Assembly: GCA_963693095.2 (NCBI GenBank)
Contig: OY843768.1
Coordinates: forward strand, 1,216,001-1,280,000
Direction: 5' to 3'
DNA from: Cenarchaeum sp.
GTDB lineage: Archaea > Thermoproteota > Nitrososphaeria > Nitrososphaerales > Nitrosopumilaceae
Length of the DNA: 64,000 nucleotides
Within the stretch, counting starts at the first letter, position 1; the number at the start of each line of letters is the position of its first letter. A program made the position numbers and the translations under genes. Of this stretch, positions 49,801 through 61,800 are shown in pieces. The notes beneath the pieces are model-generated. The model was not told the DNA's origin. It did not search any database and saw only the letters and a list, made by a program, of their open reading frames with translations.

Positions 49801-52800
49801 CGGCGGCCGTCAGCGTGGCAGTGCCGGCGGCGGCCACGTGGAACACGGCGGCCGAGTCGGCTGCCAGTGCGGCTCCGCGTATCGTGTCGCTGCCCGGCAC
49901 CGACGTGTCAGCCTGCCTGATCCCGTCAGCGGCCCTTGCCGTCACCAAGTACGAGCCCTCTGCGGTTATGGCAGCATCCATGCCCAGCGTCACCACGTTG
50001 CTCAACGAGCCATGGAGCGCGGCAGTGGCTATCCCCAGCGGCGCCGTGGACGGCGAGGGGCCGGTGACCTCAAAGGCCGAGGCGCCAACCGATGCCGGAT
50101 CGATGTCCTCGCTGAACAGGAGCCTCACGGTCATGCCGCCATCTGGCAGGTCCACGGCGATCAGCGCAAGCTCGTCCTCGCCTGCCACGTTAAAGGAGGC
50201 CGAGAGCGGCGCCATGGCGCGGCCCGAGGCCTCGCGCAGGCCATACGAGGCGTCCCTGGCGACGACTGTGGCCGCCGTGGCGTCATCGGGCACGATATAG
50301 ACGTCGGTGTCTATGCGGTCCGTGGCGACCGGGACTCCGGTGGCCTCCACGGTCGTTGAGCGTATGCCCGTTATGCTCACGTCGACGCTGCCAGAGAGCG
50401 TAGAGGCGACGAGTATCGCGCGGCCCGCAGTCGCCTCCACGGCGGCGGCCGCATACGCCCCAGTGCCGGCCGTGCGCATCTGGACTGACGGTGTGCCTGA
50501 CACGTCCTCGTTGAGGAGTATCGTGCGCGTCGAGGATGATGACTCAAAGACCGTCCTTACAGTCGGCGCGCCTGCTGCCGTGGCGTGGACCGCGGCAGTC
50601 GAGACGGCCGCACCATTGGCGCCGGCGATGTCGTGGCCTGCAGCAGTGCCCTGCTGGCTCGTGATCGGCGCGCCTGCCGCGTCAAACGTCGGCGGACCGC
50701 CCAGGGACGGCCGGTACGAGACGAGGGCGCTTGAGGTCTCTGTGAGCGCCTCGTGCGTGAGCGTCAGGACGGGCGACGTGCCCACCGCGGTCACGGTGAT
50801 GGCAGTGACGGCGCGGTCATCGGCGGCCGACGGTGTCGTGGCCGGACTCGCGCCGGCAATGTCCTCAACGACCCACTTTGCCTCGTCAAGATCAGTTGAC
50901 GTCGTGATCCTCGCATGGAGCGCGGCCTCAAACGCGACTGTCGTCTGCGTCGGCGATACTGTCACTGCCGTGTACGTGAGGGCCGCCGGCGGGGCGCTGT
51001 ACGTCGCCGAGACGGCGCGCGTGTTCTCGCCGGTGAGCGCCTGCGCGTTGCCTGCCAGGTCGGTGACTGTGGCCGCAGGAGTGAGCGTGTACGTCGCGCC
51101 GCCAGTCAGCGCCGAGTCCAGGACGATCGTGACGGTGGTGTACTGGGACGCGCCCGAGCCGACGCCAGAGTTGACCTCGGAGATGAGGATCGCCGCGTCG
51201 CCCGGCTCGGAGTTGTCGGCGATCAGCGTGACAGTCAGCGTGGCGCCTGCCGAGTCAACAGCGCTCACCGGCAGGCTTGCCCTGGTGAGCGTGGCAGGCG
51301 CGATCCGCTCGTCGAACATTATCCTGATCGCGTTGGGCGCCGATTCCGAGGACGGCGCTGCCACAAACGAGACTGTCGCTATAGTCGGCGCCGTGCGGTC
51401 TATCGTCGGCGGTGTCGGCGCCGAGTGGAGCCTGTCGAGGACCTGCTCGAACGTTGCGCTGCTCGGGTCTGTGTCCACCACGGGGCCTATCGGCACGCCA
51501 TTGTTCGCCGCGATGAGCGGCGCGGCGTGGCCAGAGGAGCCTGTGATCGTCGGGCCGGCAGACATGCCTTCGGGGTGCGGTATCTCAAACGTGAACGGCC
51601 CGTTGAGCAGGCCCGCGTTCTGCGCGGCAGTCTCGACTGTGTACGTCGTGGTCCACGTGTTGTCCCTGGCCGAGACTGCGCTCATCGGCACGCCGAGGGA
51701 CTCGTCAACGTTCGCAGTCACTGCGTCATCGGCTGTGACCTTGCCGACAAGGCGGACCTGCGGCGCCGGCGTGACTGCCTCGTTGAGCGTGACTGTCAGC
51801 CTAATGTCATCGCCGGCCTTTACGTACCACGCAGTCGGGTCATCCTCTGGATCCACGGCGACCTTTATGCCCGAGTCGTTCTCCTTTAGGACCGTGTACT
51901 CTATTGCAGTCGCCGCGCGACTTGGCGCCTCTAGGGTGACGTCGATGCTAGTGACCAGCTCGTCGCGCAGTTGCGTGACGCCAGTAACGCCGGCGATGCT
52001 CAGCGAGTACGCGCCGGGCGCGACTGGCGAGACGAGTGCGATGCCGACGGTGGGTGGCGGGACGCCAGAGTACCACGCATGCGATATGCCGACGACCGGA
52101 CCGGCATCAGTGCTGCTGACTCGCGGGCCGCGCAGCTCAAAGGTCGCGCCGGCGAGCGTGGAGGATGAGGAGGGCGCCAGCACGGTCTCGCCGTTGACAA
52201 CTGACGAGGTGACGCGCCGATAGCTGACCGAGGTGTCAGTCAGGCCAGTGCTATCTGCCGCATCAGGGGCGACGAGAACGCAGCGGAAGACAGAGACTCC
52301 CTGCTCTGTGGCAGTGCCGCACACCTCGGCGCCCACCATGTCGTCCAGGCCGGCGGCCCTGAGGCCAAAGGTGACGAGTAGGCTCGAGGGCGTCGTGAAC
52401 GCCACGGACTCGACTGGAGGCCTCATGTCGATCGGCGATATGCGCACCGTGTCAGCCGCGTCGTACGGGTTGGCGGGGCTCGCCGTGTCAGCCAGGCCGG
52501 TCATCGTTACGGTGTACTCGTCGGTATCTGGCAGCGGGCTTGCCAGCGTTAGCGTGATCGTCCGTCTATCGCCATCATACGAGACGGCAGTCGCGCGAGT
52601 GGCATGGAGCGGCACTGCCGGGCCGGCGTCGCTTGGGTTCACCCTCGGGCCGTTCACCACAAACGTTGCCATGTCCGTGCCGGCGACGCTCTCGTGGAAG
52701 GGTATCGAGATCTTGCCCTCTGAGGTGCGCATGGCATTGATGACGACCGGCGGCGCGCCGTCGACGGCGACTTGGCGCTCAGTCGTCACCGCCGTGCCAG

Positions 52801-55800
52801 ATGCGCCGACCAGGCAGGCCGCATCGCACTGCGCGTACGAGATGACCGGCGTGCCCGTGTTGATCAGCGGCGAGTGGACGATCGTCACCTGTGGCGAGGT
52901 GCCGGCCATCGTCAGAGTGGCAGATACCACGTTCCTCGCGGCGTCACTAGAGGAGCGGGCCTTGAGGTTACCATCCTCGTCAAATGAGGCCTCTGGCGGC
53001 GAGGCGGGGTTCCAGTTAAAGGTCCGGCTCACGGCCGAGGCCAGCGCCTCTCCGCCCGTGCTCGCGACTGTCGTGCTCGCGCTGATCGTGTACCTGTCGA
53101 CTGGGAGCGCGGGATCAAATGTGAGCCTCACGACTTGCGAGGCCGGCGAGTGCGACACTGTCGGCGTGAGCGCGGTGCCATCAGAGTCCGTGGCGGTGAT
53201 CGACGAGGCAGTCACCGTCGAGGAGTCCAGCGCTTCGCTAAACGCCACATCAATGACAGTCGTTGTACCCACAGTCGAGGGGGCCACCGAGGTGATGCGC
53301 AGTGCCAGCGGGGTCGTGCCGGCGATATCCTCGACTAGCCAGTGCGAGGCGTCGAGTGCGGCGCCGGCCTCGAGTGAGGAGTCCAGCATGGCGTCAAACG
53401 TGAGCACAGTCGTAGTCCTGGACACTGAGCGGGCATCATAGCCGAGCGAGCCGTATGTCGCGTCGTATGGCGAGGCCGCATACGCGTTGCCGGCGATGTC
53501 GGTGAGCGCACTCGTCGGCGTTATCGCGTACGTCGTGCCGTCGACTAGCGCGGCGGCAAGGACGATCGTGACAGTCGCGCCGTTGTGTAGGAGCGCCGAG
53601 TCGCCCTCCTCGGTGGCGTCATCGGCCACAAGGGCCACGTTCACCACAGACGCGCCGGTTCCCGTCGTCACGGTGAGGCTGGTGCGCGAGAGCGTGCCGG
53701 CCGCTATGGGCTCGCTAAACTCCACTACCAGCGCGTTTGCGCTCGCGGCGTTGACTGTCGTAAAGGTGACGTCCTCGATCACAGGTGCCGTCCGGTCTAT
53801 GGTCGGCAGACTCGCGCCGAGGAGCGCGGCGTCATCGTGGTCGGTGTCCACGCAGCCGTCGCGGTCTGCGGCCGCGTCATTCGCGTCAGTGCAGTCAGCT
53901 GACATGCGGAACGTGAACTGGCCGTCTGCTGCCGGCATTGGTGGGTCTGCGTCTGCGGCGCTCACCGTGAACGTTGTCGTCCACTCGCGCACATTCACGC
54001 CGGCAGTCATGGGCACGGCGCTGCCGCCAAAGGTGGTCGTCTCCACGTCGTTCACTGACGTGGTGGTGCCAAACGCGCGAATGACAGGCGCGCTGGCCGT
54101 CGTGTCCGCAAGCGTTGCGGTGATTACTATCTTGTCGCCGGCGCGCGCAAGCGAGGTCGCCTCGCCGGTCCTCGCCGCATCATTGGTGTCAGTCACCGTG
54201 ATCTCTATCGCCACTGCCCTGGGCTCTAGAGGCCCGAGCGTCACGGCCACATCACCGGCTTCGTACGCGCGCTCGGCGCGCGGTGGCGTGGCATTCGCGT
54301 CTGCGGCCTGCTTTGCGCCTGTGATCGCGACGGTGTACTCGCCGTCAGCGGCGTCTGCGTCGAGCCTTAGCGTCACGACCGAGTTGATCGGCGTGGGCGC
54401 CATGCCCGGAAGCGACTCTGTGACAAGGGTGTGCGAGACGGCCGATGCTGACAGGCTGCTGCCCTCCTGCAGGAGCGTGACTGCCGGACCGGCGTCACCC
54501 GAGTCGACCCTCGGGCCGCTCACCGCAAACGTCACGCCGTCAAGCGCGCCATCCGTGTTGACAAGAATGCCGCTGAACTCGAGGCGTAGCGTGTCTAGGG
54601 ACGTGAACGAGGAGGAGGAGACGTAAAAGTCCGTGCGCGGCGGCACAAAGTCGACGGGGCTGCGCGCGCTGATCGTGCCGGCGGCGTACACGTTGCTGTT
54701 CTCGTCGCTGATGCCGGTGAGCGTGACTGTATAGATGCCGTCGGCCACATCCGTGTTGAGCGTGAGCGTGACTGTGGGCGGCGGGCCGGCCGCATAGACG
54801 GCATTGGTGTCAGACTCGTCAATGCCGCCAGTGGCTAGGTCGTCCTGCCGGAGCGCGACTGTCGGGCCGTTGCCCGAGTCGTCCCTCGGGCCGTTCACGG
54901 CAAACGTCGCGCCCGTTATTGACGAGAGGGCCTCGCTGAACTTTATGCGTATAGTCGAGAACGTGTCATCGCCGACGACTAGCTCTGTGTCAAATGCCGC
55001 AGTCGCAGTCGGCGCAATGCCGTCAGCGGCGCGCACGCCAGTCGTGGTGAGCGGCACGTCACCGTCGCCGACAAGGTCGGCCTGCGTGCCGGGCACGTAC
55101 GTTATGAGCGGCGTCTGCGTGACTGTCAGCGGCGCGTGCGTGAGCGTGACTGTGGGCGTAGCGCCAGTCGTCGTGACTGCCGCAAGCGAGACGGTCCTCA
55201 GCGAGGCGGGCACGCGATCCTCGCCTTCCACCCTCACTGCGTCCTCGACGGTCCACTTTGTCTCGTCGAGGTCTGTTGACGTCGTGACTGCCGAGGCCAG
55301 CGCGCCGGCAAGCGTGAGGAGAGTGGTTGTCGTCGATGTTGCGCGCGCCGTGTAGTCCAGCGCCGTGTACGTCGCAGTGTCAGACTCGGTGGAGAGAACC
55401 CTGTTTGCCGTCGGCGTGACGAGGTCGTCGATCGTGTCTGCTGCGTTGATCGTGTACTCTGTGCCGGGCACCACGTCGGACACCGTGAGCGTGTACGTGG
55501 GGGAGGCAAACCCGACATTGCTCACCGTGAGGCTAGTGGAGCCGGCCGCCACGGACCAGCCGGTTCCCGCCGTCGTCGACGTGTCCTCGTCCACAGGCTC
55601 GGTGAACGTGACTACGATCGTGTCGGCCGCCGTGAACGTGGCGCTCATTATCGCCGGCCTCAGGGCGTCAGTGGCAAGTATCGTGGCCTCTGACGTCCCG
55701 GCGTCAAACGCTATGGCGTTGCCGGCCGAGTCGGCAAGGCCCGTGCCCCTGTACGTGACTGTCGGCGCAAATGACGTGTCGGCGATCGTCGCGTACGTGA

Positions 55801-58800
55801 GCGTCACCGTGTCGTCCGAGACGTCGACGGTGGAGATCGCAGCAGTCGTGGTACCGTCCACTGCAGACCACTCGGCGTTGACGCCGGCTCCAGTGACTGC
55901 CTCGGAGAGCGTTACCTCCAAGGTCTCTGTCGACGTCGTCGCAGCAGACTCAAGCGTCGGCGCCGTCGTGTCTGACGTCGAGCGCGTCGCAGTCACCGTC
56001 GCGTCGGACACGGCATTGCCATGAAGGTCACTGACTTGCGCATCGGGGGTGACCGTGTACACCCTGTTGAGGGCGGCGTCAGCGACCAGCGTGAGCGTGT
56101 ACTCGTCGGGAGCCGTTTGCGCGACGGATGCCACGTCCACGTTGCCCATAGGCGATGTCACCGTCCACCCGTCGTCCGTCGCGTACAACGAACCGACAGG
56201 AGCCATGGTGAACACGACATCCTCGCTAAACATGACTGTGATCATGCGGGCGCCCTCAAACGCGGCGGACGCGGCTGTCGGGCCCGTGCCGTCATTGACG
56301 GGGGCAACCGCTGAGCCAGTCAACAGCATGTTGGGCGTGTCGCCTGCTGTCACCACGTCGGTGAGGCCGCCGGATGAGGGCCTCGTGTACGTCACGGTCG
56401 GCGTCTCGGCGGGAGTCCAGGTGGGGTCATTGCCCTCCTGATCAATGGCGACTACCAGCAGGCCTGTGAACGGGGGGTCAGACGGTATAGTTGTGCTGCC
56501 ACGGTCAGCGGAGGTATGAGACCGGCCCAACGGAATCACCACGTTCACGGACCCCAGGTTCTGATCCGGCAGGGTGATGCTCCAGTCTGCCGCGGACGCC
56601 ATGCCCTGGATGGGCTCATCAAAGAGCACCACGGTGTGCGAGGCGTTGAACACGCGCGCCGTGAACGTCGGCGCCGTGGTGTCAGTTTGCGTTGATGCCA
56701 TGTACGTCGCCGTCGTCATGGCGCCGTCGTCTATCTCGTTGGCCGCGTCTGAGACGTCGGCTATCGCGTTGGCCGCGTGGATCGTGTGCTCCATGCCGGC
56801 GGCCACGCCGGTGGTGAGCTCCAGCGTGTACGTCGAGTCGGCCGTGCGCATCGCCGAGTCCAGGCCGACGGCGGTGCTGCCGAGCTCCACCGACCAGCCG
56901 GCGTCTCCCGTAATGGTAGTCACGTTGGTCACATCCTCGGTGAACGTGACTGTGATCGTGGTGGCGTCATCGAACATGGCGGTGAACGTCGGGGCGGCCT
57001 TGTCGGTGACTGCCGTCGCCGCAACCTCGCCGCTGACTGCCACGAACGCGTTGCCCGCCGTGTCGGCCAGCGGGTTCGTGCCGCGGGGGGTGTACGTGAC
57101 GCCCGCTGCGGTCAGGCCGCCAAGGTCGGTGCCTGCGCGCGCCGAGTCGAGCGTGATGTAGAGCACGTTGGTGGCCGCGGTGATCTCCAGGTCGCTAGTC
57201 ACGGCCGTCCCGTCCTCTGTTAGCGAGAGCGACTCGGGAGCCGAGTCGGCGACTGCCCACTCGCCAAACGCAGTCGTGCCGAGGACGTTCTCGACAAAGG
57301 TGATCTTTACGGTGCTCGCAGACGTGAGCTCGGCGCTAAAGGTCGGCGCGTCAGAGTCGACTGTCACGTTCGGGGTCACGTCGGCCTGCGTGAACGTTGC
57401 CGTGTTGCCCGCAGTGTCGCGTATAGTCAGGCTGAACGTGAGCGCGCCGCTGGCGTCCGAGGCGGCTATTGTGCGCACGTACGAGTACATGTTGTTGCCC
57501 GCGGCCGTGTCCACTGAGTCGGCGGGAGTCGACTCCCCAAAGAGCGCAATGTCACTGACTGCCGTGGTGAGCGCCTCGCCGGCATCCACGTTGACGCGGA
57601 CTTCATCGTCGATTCCGGCCAGCCTGACAGTGGTCGAGTCTGCCGTCGCGTCCTCGAGCCTCACAGTCGCAGTCACCGTCGCCGTCGGCGCGACGCCGTC
57701 AGCAGCCGTCACCGGCCCTGCGCCCAGCGCGTTGCGGGCCGAGTCGGCCAGGGTCGTGCCCGAGTACGTGACTATCGGCGCGAATGACGTGTCCACGATA
57801 TCCGTGTACGTGAGCGTGATCGTCGTCGTGCTGCCCGTGAAGGGGCTAACTGCGACGTTGGTGGCGCCGGCGACGGCCCAGTCGCCGTTGGGCGACGTTC
57901 CCGTGACGGCCTCGGAGAGCGTGACCTCCAGTGCCCCAGTCGACGTCGTCTCGGCGGACTCAAGCGTCGGCGCCGTGGCGTCGACTGTGACGCGCGCCGC
58001 CACCGTGGAGTGCGTCTCTGACACGGTCGCCTCGTTGCCTGCCCTGTCGCGCAACGTGATGCTGAACGCGAGCGCGCCATCGGCGTCACCCACCACTATC
58101 GTGCGCACGTACGCGTACGCGTTGGTGCCGGCGTCCTCGACAGAGTTGGCGTTCACCACGTTCTCGCCGGTCCGGCCAAAGAGCTCAATGTCCTCTTTGG
58201 CGGTGACGAGCTCCTCGCTGGCCGTGAGCGTCACACGCACGTCGTCGCCGATGCCGGCCACGGTGTCCACCGACGCGTCGGCGCCGTCGCCTGGGAGCCT
58301 CACGACCGTGGTGACCGACGAGGCCGTCGGCAGCGTGACGTCTATGGCCGGCCGGTGCACAGTCAGCGTGCCCGAGTGGCCGCTCGTCGGTGTTATCGTG
58401 CCCTCAGTCGTCCCGTCAGTCACCGTTATCGTAAAGTCCAGCTCGGCCGTCTCTGTCGTCGAGTCGCTCACGCCAAGGTCATAGTGCCACGTCATCTCGT
58501 TGCTGCCGCCGGTGTTCATCATGGACACAGAGTCGAGTCCGTTAATGACGATTGTCGGCGCCTCGGATGCGTCCTTGTTGAGTTCGATCGCGACGCGGAT
58601 CGTGTCGTCAATGCCGGCAAAGTCTGCAGCGGCGCCCATCTTTGCCGCAACCGTGTCCGGATCGCCGTCGTGAACGGTGACTGTTATCGCAGTCGCCATC
58701 GGCGCGGCGGCAGGCGCGTACGACACTGTCCTATCCACGGCCACAAGCGCGTTGCCGGCGAGGTCGAGGACCGTGGCAGGTATGCTTACGGCATAGTCCC

Positions 58801-61800
58801 CGTCCGTGTCGGCGTTAACGTCTACGCTGATATTCATGCCGCTCGCCGTCGCACCGTACGGCGTCAGGCTGCCGGACGGGGGCGTGACTGATATGTCGCC
58901 GGTGACCGTGACGGTCTCGCTGAACGTGAGGACGATGTCATTGCCCACAAACGCCGAGCTCACGAGCGTCGGCACCGTCACGTCTATGGCCGGCCGGCTG
59001 ACTGTCAGCGTGCCCGAGTGTCCGGCCGTCGCAGTTATCTCTCCCTCGTTCACGCCGTCAGTCGCAGTTATCGTAAAGTCCAGCGCGGCCGTCTCGGGCG
59101 TCGTGGCCGTCACCACAAGGTCATGGCGCCAGCTCGCCGCGCCAGCGGCGCCCGTGTTGATCATCGTGTGCGTCGCGCCGGCTACTGCTATCGTCGGCGC
59201 GCCGCCGGCCGGCTCGTTGAGCGTCAGGACTATGCGGACAGTGTCGCCGATGCCGGCAAAGTCTGCAGCGGCGCCTGTCTTTGCCGGAACCGTGGCGGCG
59301 CCGTCGTGGACGGTGACGGCTATGGCAGTCGCCAGAGGTGCGGACGTGTCGTCCCGCAGGACCGTGATGTCGTTGCTGTCAATCGTAGTGACTGGGGTGC
59401 TCACGGTGGAGTACGCGTTGCCGTCCGTGTCCGCGACGGAGCGCGTGAGGACGACCTTGTATGCGCTGCTCGAGTCAGTCGACACTAGCCTGAGCGAGAC
59501 TGTCGAGTCAGCCGAGTCCGCCGCGCCGGCCGTGTAGAGCACGCCGGCCGTGCCGTGCGAGGCGTCAAGCGGTAGTGCCGAGGTGCGGCCCACCGGCGGC
59601 GTGAACCCGTGAACCGCGATGTTGGCCGCCGTGGCCGTGTCGGGATCCAGGCCCTCGCCGAACGTGAGCGTTATCGTGTTAGTCGAGGCGTCAAGCACCG
59701 CGCCCTCCACGAGCGGCGCAATGCCGTCCTCCGCCGTGGCATCCAGCGGCGTGCCGACGGTGCCCATGGTGTTGGTCGCGCGGTCGGCCAGCGTTCCGGC
59801 CGAGCCAGACGGCCTGGTGTACGAGACTATCGGCTCGGCGCCAGTAGAGGCGAGGTCGGCGTGGACTAGGTACATATCCGACTCGCCGGTGCGCTCGAGT
59901 GTGGCCGTGCCTGCGCCGCCACGGGTGGCAGAAACGCCGGTAGCCTGCGAGCCGGAGACTGACCAGTCCGCCGCGCGCGCCATGCCCGTGACGGCCTCGC
60001 TGAACACGACCTCTGTGCGCGTCAGCTCGAGCGTCCTGGCCGTGAACGTCGGCGCCGTAAAGTCGCCCACCGGCGTCGAGGCCCCATCGGCCAGCGCGTT
60101 GTCGCTCTCGTCGACGATCGAGCCGACCCTGTCGTCGATCTGCGTCTCAAAGGTGATCATGACCGTGGCGGGGTCGATTTGGCTGAACGTGGGAGCGTCA
60201 TTAATGCGCTGGTCCCTTCTTGACGGCTCCTTCGGGACCAGCGTCACCCTGTCGCCTGCCCCCAGGTCTATGGCATAGCCGAGGGCCGACTCGACGGTGT
60301 ATGATCCCGACGAGGCCTCAAACGTTGCCAGGTTGCCTCCCGAGATGGTTCTGCCAGAGAACTCCCAGTCCCCGGCCATAGGCAGCTCCTTGCCAAACGC
60401 CAGCATGACCGGCTCGGAGAAGGTCACGATGTGGGTCTTGTCGTCGCGATCCTGCGTCGGCCTCTCGGCGATGAGCGTCGGCGCGACGCCGTCAGCCGCG
60501 TCTGCGCCGCCGTCGGCGACGTCGGCGCTCCCCTCGTCGAGGTCGCCGCCGGCATAGTCGACGCGCGGCGTGGCCGCCGTCGAGGAGAGCGGATCGTGCG
60601 TGATGAGGAGCTGCTCGGCGTTGGCGCCCGGCAGTATCTCCTGGGTGACCGGCGCGACGGTCGGGCCCGTGGTCGCAGGCGTCGCCGTGACTGACGTCTG
60701 GCCGTCGGCGACGACCGTGGATATGCTAGATATCACGAGCTCCGCGTCCGCGTCCGCGCCTCCCGTGTCGTCGTCAGTCACGGTCCAGTCGGCCACGTCG
60801 AGCGTGCCGGCGAGCGCGCCACCGTCAAAGGTGACGAGCGTCGTAGTCAGGCTCCTCGTGGTGGCCTCGAAGGGGGCAGGCGGCGTGTACGTCGCCCTCG
60901 CAGTGCTCGAGGCAAACGCGTTGCCGGCCCTGTCGGCCAGCGCGGTCGGCAGCGTGACTGCGTGCTCGGCGGCGGCGGCGTCGGCGGCCAGCGTGAGGGT
61001 GATCGTGCGGGCAGTCGCGTCATAGACGATGGGCCTCACCTGCGGGTTGGCTGCCAGGTCCTCTGTGGCCAGCGAGACGGTGTTGCCGCCGGCGCTCACG
61101 GTGAACGTATAGCCCTCCACCTGCGTAGGCGTGTTGAGGAGCGCCTCGTCTACCGTGATGACGAGCGTCCTGGCCGCCGTGAACGCCGCATTCGCCGTTG
61201 GCGCCGTGGTGTCTATGGTCGGCACGCTGACGGTGACTCCCGTGTCCAGGCCGGAGGCCTGCGTGATGCTCGCCGCGTTGGTCGCCGCGTCAGTGGCCGT
61301 GATCATGAACGTGAACGCCAAGTCGTCCGTCTCGGCCGTCGTGGACATTATGGTCATGTCGTGCTGCCACGTAAGGACGTCGTTGTCCCCGCCGTCGTTC
61401 ATGGCCTCGGCCGTGTCCGTCCTGTCCGTGCCGGGCACCCTTATCTGCGGCGCGGCGGCGACGGCCTCGTGGAGCGTGAGCACGAGGCGGACAGTCTCAT
61501 CGGCCATCGCGTGCAGCGCATAGTCGCCGGCCTTTAGCGTGGACAGGTCCAGCGTGTCGTCCGTGCCGGCGCCGTCCGTGTCAGTGTCGTCGTACACCTC
61601 GAATGCTATCGCAGTCGCCTTTGGCGGCTGGCCATAGTCGGCGAACCCAGGCACCCTCACGTTGCCGCTCACAGAGTTGCCGGCCGCGTCGTGTATATTG
61701 TCCACGTTCAGGATGTACTCTCCCGAAGTCACTGACGCGTCCAGCGTGAAGCGCAGGCCGCTGCCCGGCCCGTACTCGTCGCCGGCCGGATCGAACGGGT

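Noticed and set aside
46934-56951. Diversity-generating retroelement template/variable repeat pair
   Set aside because: Both copies are coding, the mismatches are not adenine-restricted, and no reverse transcriptase is present in the window.
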